46,296 nucleotides of DNA from assembly GCA_035650735.1 (NCBI GenBank), contig DASRGZ010000218.1, positions 1 through 46,296 of the forward strand. The letters are read 5' to 3'. The DNA is from Chthonomonadaceae bacterium. Its GTDB lineage: Bacteria; Armatimonadota; Chthonomonadetes; Chthonomonadales; Chthonomonadaceae. This document shows, piece after piece, positions 43,737 through 46,296 of the stretch; within the stretch, counting starts at the first letter, position 1, and each line of letters starts with the position of its first letter. Made by a program: the position numbers and the translations under genes. The notes beneath the pieces were generated by a model. That model searched no databases. It was not told the origin of the DNA and saw nothing but the letters and a program-made list of their open reading frames with translations.

Positions 43737-44921
43737 ATGGACGCCCCCGTTCGAATCGCCGTCATCACGACGATTTACAGATACCGGTCCCATGCGCAGC
43801 ACTTCAGCGACCGGTTTCTGGTCGGCTATCCGCACGCCGGACGCTGGCATCGCCCGAACGCGCGGATCGTCTCGCTCTACGTAGATCAGCATCCCGAAGG
43901 AGACCAGAGCACCGACCGGGCGCGCGAGTTCGGCTTCGGTGTCTATCCGACCGTCGCCGAGGCGCTGCGCTGCGGCGGGAGCGATCTGGCCGTGGATGCG
44001 GTGCTGATCATCGGCGAGCATGGCGACTATCCGGTGAATGACCTGGGACAGAAACTCTACCCGCGCTATGAGTTCTTCAAGGAGTGTGTCCGGGTCTTCG
44101 AGGAGGAAGGTCGCGCCGTGCCTGTCTTCAACGACAAGCATCTCTCGTACAGCTTCCTCAAAGCGAAGGAGATGGTGGAGGACACCCGGCGGCTGGATTT
44201 TCCCCTGCTCGCTGGGTCCTCGCTGCCGGTGACCTGGCGGCTTCCCGATGTCGAGCTGCCGCTGGGCTGCGGGCTGGAGGACGCACTGATGGTCGGGGTG
44301 GGCGGCTCGGACGCGATGGACTATCACGCTCTGGAGGCAATGCAGTGCATGGTTGAGCGGCGGCACGGCGGAGAGACGGGTGTCCGCGCCGTCCAGCTGC
44401 TCGACGGCGACGCGGTCTGGCGGGCGGGCGACGCGGGCCGGTGGTCGTGGGAGCTTCTGGAGGCGGCGCTTTCGCGCAGCGATACGCCCCGCGGCCTCTC
44501 GGAAGAAGACGGCCGGACGCAGGACTTGATCGGCAGCGGCCAACTGCGCCGACTGGTGGAGAAACCTGCCGCCTACTGCATCGAGTACCACGACGGCTTC
44601 CGGGCGACCTTGCTGATGCTCAACGGGGCCGTCAAAGACTACTGCTTCGCCGGGCGGCGGCAAGGCCAGCCCGATCCGGTCTGCACGCAGTTCTTCCTGC
44701 CCCCCAATCCCAACGTTACCTACTCGGCGTGCCTGGTCGCCAAAATCGAGGCGATGTGGCAGACGGGCCGCGCGCCCTATCCGGCGGAGCGGACCCTGCT
44801 GGTGAGCGGGATGCTGGAGAGTTGCCTGATGTCCCGCTGTGCTGGCGGAATGCGCCTCGAAACTCCGCACCTGGCGGTCGCCTATGCGCCCCCATCTGCG
44901 CCGCAGCATGCCCGCCAATAG
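43737..44921 (+). CDS. Uncharacterised protein, Gfo/Idh/MocA-like architecture; paralogue of 42539
   Basis: GGAGG RBS; ATG 1 bp after the upstream stop; same motif series as its neighbour. Confidence 0.8.
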   Translation: MDAPVRIAVITTIYRYRSHAQHFSDRFLVGYPHAGRWHRPNARIVSLYVDQHPEGDQSTDRAREFGFGVYPTVAEALRCGGSDLAVDAVLIIGEHGDYPVNDLGQKLYPRYEFFKECVRVFEEEGRAVPVFNDKHLSYSFLKAKEMVEDTRRLDFPLLAGSSLPVTWRLPDVELPLGCGLEDALMVGVGGSDAMDYHALEAMQCMVERRHGGETGVRAVQLLDGDAVWRAGDAGRWSWELLEAALSRSDTPRGLSEEDGRTQDLIGSGQLRRLVEKPAAYCIEYHDGFRATLLMLNGAVKDYCFAGRRQGQPDPVCTQFFLPPNPNVTYSACLVAKIEAMWQTGRAPYPAERTLLVSGMLESCLMSRCAGGMRLETPHLAVAYAPPSAPQHARQ

Positions 44922-44982
44922 CCAGAGACAAACTGTTCTCCAGGCTCAGCAAGGACAGAGACCCAGCCGGAATGCGGTTATT

Positions 44983-46296
44983 TTACGGACGCTTTCTTTG
45001 TAGCTGGGTGCCCGTGATGCCTTTGCCTTCGGTGAGGATGTAGAAGGCGTCGGGCGCGACCTTGTTGAGAACGTCCTTCGTGCCGCTGGGCCAGCGAATC
45101 TCGACCCGCTCGATAGAGGCCGCGCCGCCAAGCCCAAAAAAGACCCGCGAATCGCTGTGGGAGGCGTAGCTGCTGCTGCTGTGGACCTCGCTAAAGTAGC
45201 AGCGCTTGCCGCCGCAGGTGACAGTAATTTTCGCGTGGTAGCCGTCCCGGTTGCTCTTGGTGCCGATGGTCTTGAACGCGACCCAGTGATTGCCGTTGGC
45301 GACTTCGTTGTGGAATAGCTGCGCCGGACCGTTCTGGTTATTGACCAGGAAATCCACCCGCCCGTCGTTGTCGTAGTCGCCGCTCGCCAGCCCGCGCGAG
45401 ACGGTAGGTGTTCCCAGGTCGCCCAGGTTCTCCACGATTTCGGTGAACCGTCCGTTGCCGTCGTTGTGGAACAACTGCTTGCGCTCTTTGTAGGTGACGC
45501 CCTCCGAGGTTTCCGCGACGCTGAGAACGACGTGGCCGTTCGCCACAATGAGGTCTTTCCAACCGTCGCGGTCGTAATCGAGAAAGTCACAGCCGAAGGC
45601 GAGAAACTTCATGTGCGGCAGCGCCAGGTTCGCCTCCATGCTGACATCGCGAAACTGCCCATTGCCCTGGTTGTGGTAGAGCGTGTTGGGCTGGAGCGAG
45701 AAGTTGGTGACGAACAGGCTTTCGTGCCCGGAGTTGCTGTAGTCTCCCAGGCCGATGCCCATCCCGGCAAGAGGGCGCCCTTCGTTGTCGAAGGCGCAGC
45801 CTGCTAGCTCGGAGCGGTTGGAGAACTTGCCGTTGCCGTCGTTATGCCAGAGGAACTGCACTCCCATGTCGTTGCTAACGTAGATGTCCTCGCGCCCATC
45901 GTTGTCATAGTCCAGCCAGGCAACGCCGAGGCCGTGCCCTTTCAGCTTGCCGATGCCGCTCTGCTGCGTCACGTCCGTAAAGGTGCCGTCGCCGTTATTG
46001 TGGTAGAGGCGGTGCGTATCCGGGTCGAGCACATCCGGCGTGCAGTACTCCGTCTGGCCGCGCGCCGTGTGGCAGGGTGTGTTGGTTTCCGGTTTCCAGG
46101 GCGCATAGTGGCAGATGTAGAGATCGAGTCTGCCGTCGTTGTCGTAGTCGCCGAAGGCCGCGCTGGTCGCGTAGCGCGCGCCCTGGTCGGTATCGCCCAC
46201 GCCCGCCTTCGCGGTCACGTCCTTGAAGAGAGGGTGTAGGGTGTAGGGTGTAGGATGTAGGGCATTTTCCCCTTTCCCTTTCTCTTGTTCCCTCTT
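44983..46296 (-). CDS. FG-GAP repeat / ASPIC-UnbV (CRTAC1-like) protein, 5' end outside window
   Basis: Repeated DYDNDGRxD and LYHNxGxGxFxD motifs; SNRDG...SSSSYASHSD..VFFGLG...EIRWPSG. The frame is open to the window edge. Confidence 0.9.
   Translation of the reverse strand, partial: KREQEKGKGENALHPTPYTLHPLFKDVTAKAGVGDTDQGARYATSAAFGDYDNDGRLDLYICHYAPWKPETNTPCHTARGQTEYCTPDVLDPDTHRLYHNNGDGTFTDVTQQSGIGKLKGHGLGVAWLDYDNDGREDIYVSNDMGVQFLWHNDGNGKFSNRSELAGCAFDNEGRPLAGMGIGLGDYSNSGHESLFVTNFSLQPNTLYHNQGNGQFRDVSMEANLALPHMKFLAFGCDFLDYDRDGWKDLIVANGHVVLSVAETSEGVTYKERKQLFHNDGNGRFTEIVENLGDLGTPTVSRGLASGDYDNDGRVDFLVNNQNGPAQLFHNEVANGNHWVAFKTIGTKSNRDGYHAKITVTCGGKRCYFSEVHSSSSYASHSDSRVFFGLGGAASIERVEIRWPSGTKDVLNKVAPDAFYILTEGKGITGTQLQRKRP
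46231..46262. repeat. Heptamer tandem repeat (AGGGTGT)n inside the CRTAC1-like CDS
   Basis: AGGGTGT x3 + AGGATGT + AGGG; encodes LHPTPYTLHP on the minus strand. Confidence 0.85.

Noticed and set aside
1..46296. tRNA, rRNA, tmRNA, SRP RNA or known riboswitches
   Set aside because: No recognisable signature sequences were found by eye. A covariance-model search would be needed to exclude divergent ones.

Overview
GC-rich bacterial chromosomal segment. Gene content and repeat style suggest Armatimonadota or a similar environmental lineage (inference only). Core genes: a stand-alone gyrB, gmk and coaBC. Accessory content: an 11-gene type II secretion-like operon (gspE,F,G,H,I,J,K, L/PilMN-like, M/PilO-like, C-like, D; minus strand), two FG-GAP/ASPIC-UnbV (CRTAC1-like) proteins, a 1042-aa GNAT protein, a sulfotransferase, a divergent GAPDH and a block of putative carbohydrate-catabolic genes. 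The most informative signals lie outside the ORF track. (1) At least three MITE families can be delimited by terminal repeats and target-site duplications (82 bp x4, 105 bp x2, 90 bp x1). (2) Removing one 105-bp MITE restores a hidden 84-aa ParB-like toxin-type ORF, paired with a probable immunity gene, at the position between gmk and coaBC where rpoZ usually lies. (3) Intergenic repeat DNA is translated in frame inside gspK and inside a CRTAC1-like gene. (4) Three toxin-type genes are broken while their partners are intact. (5) Two genes have their 3' ends duplicated with CRISPR-like dimensions. (6) A tandem pair of unknown Cys-patterned paralogues sits behind sigmaH-like promoter motifs. No rRNA, tRNA, cas genes or true CRISPR array were seen.
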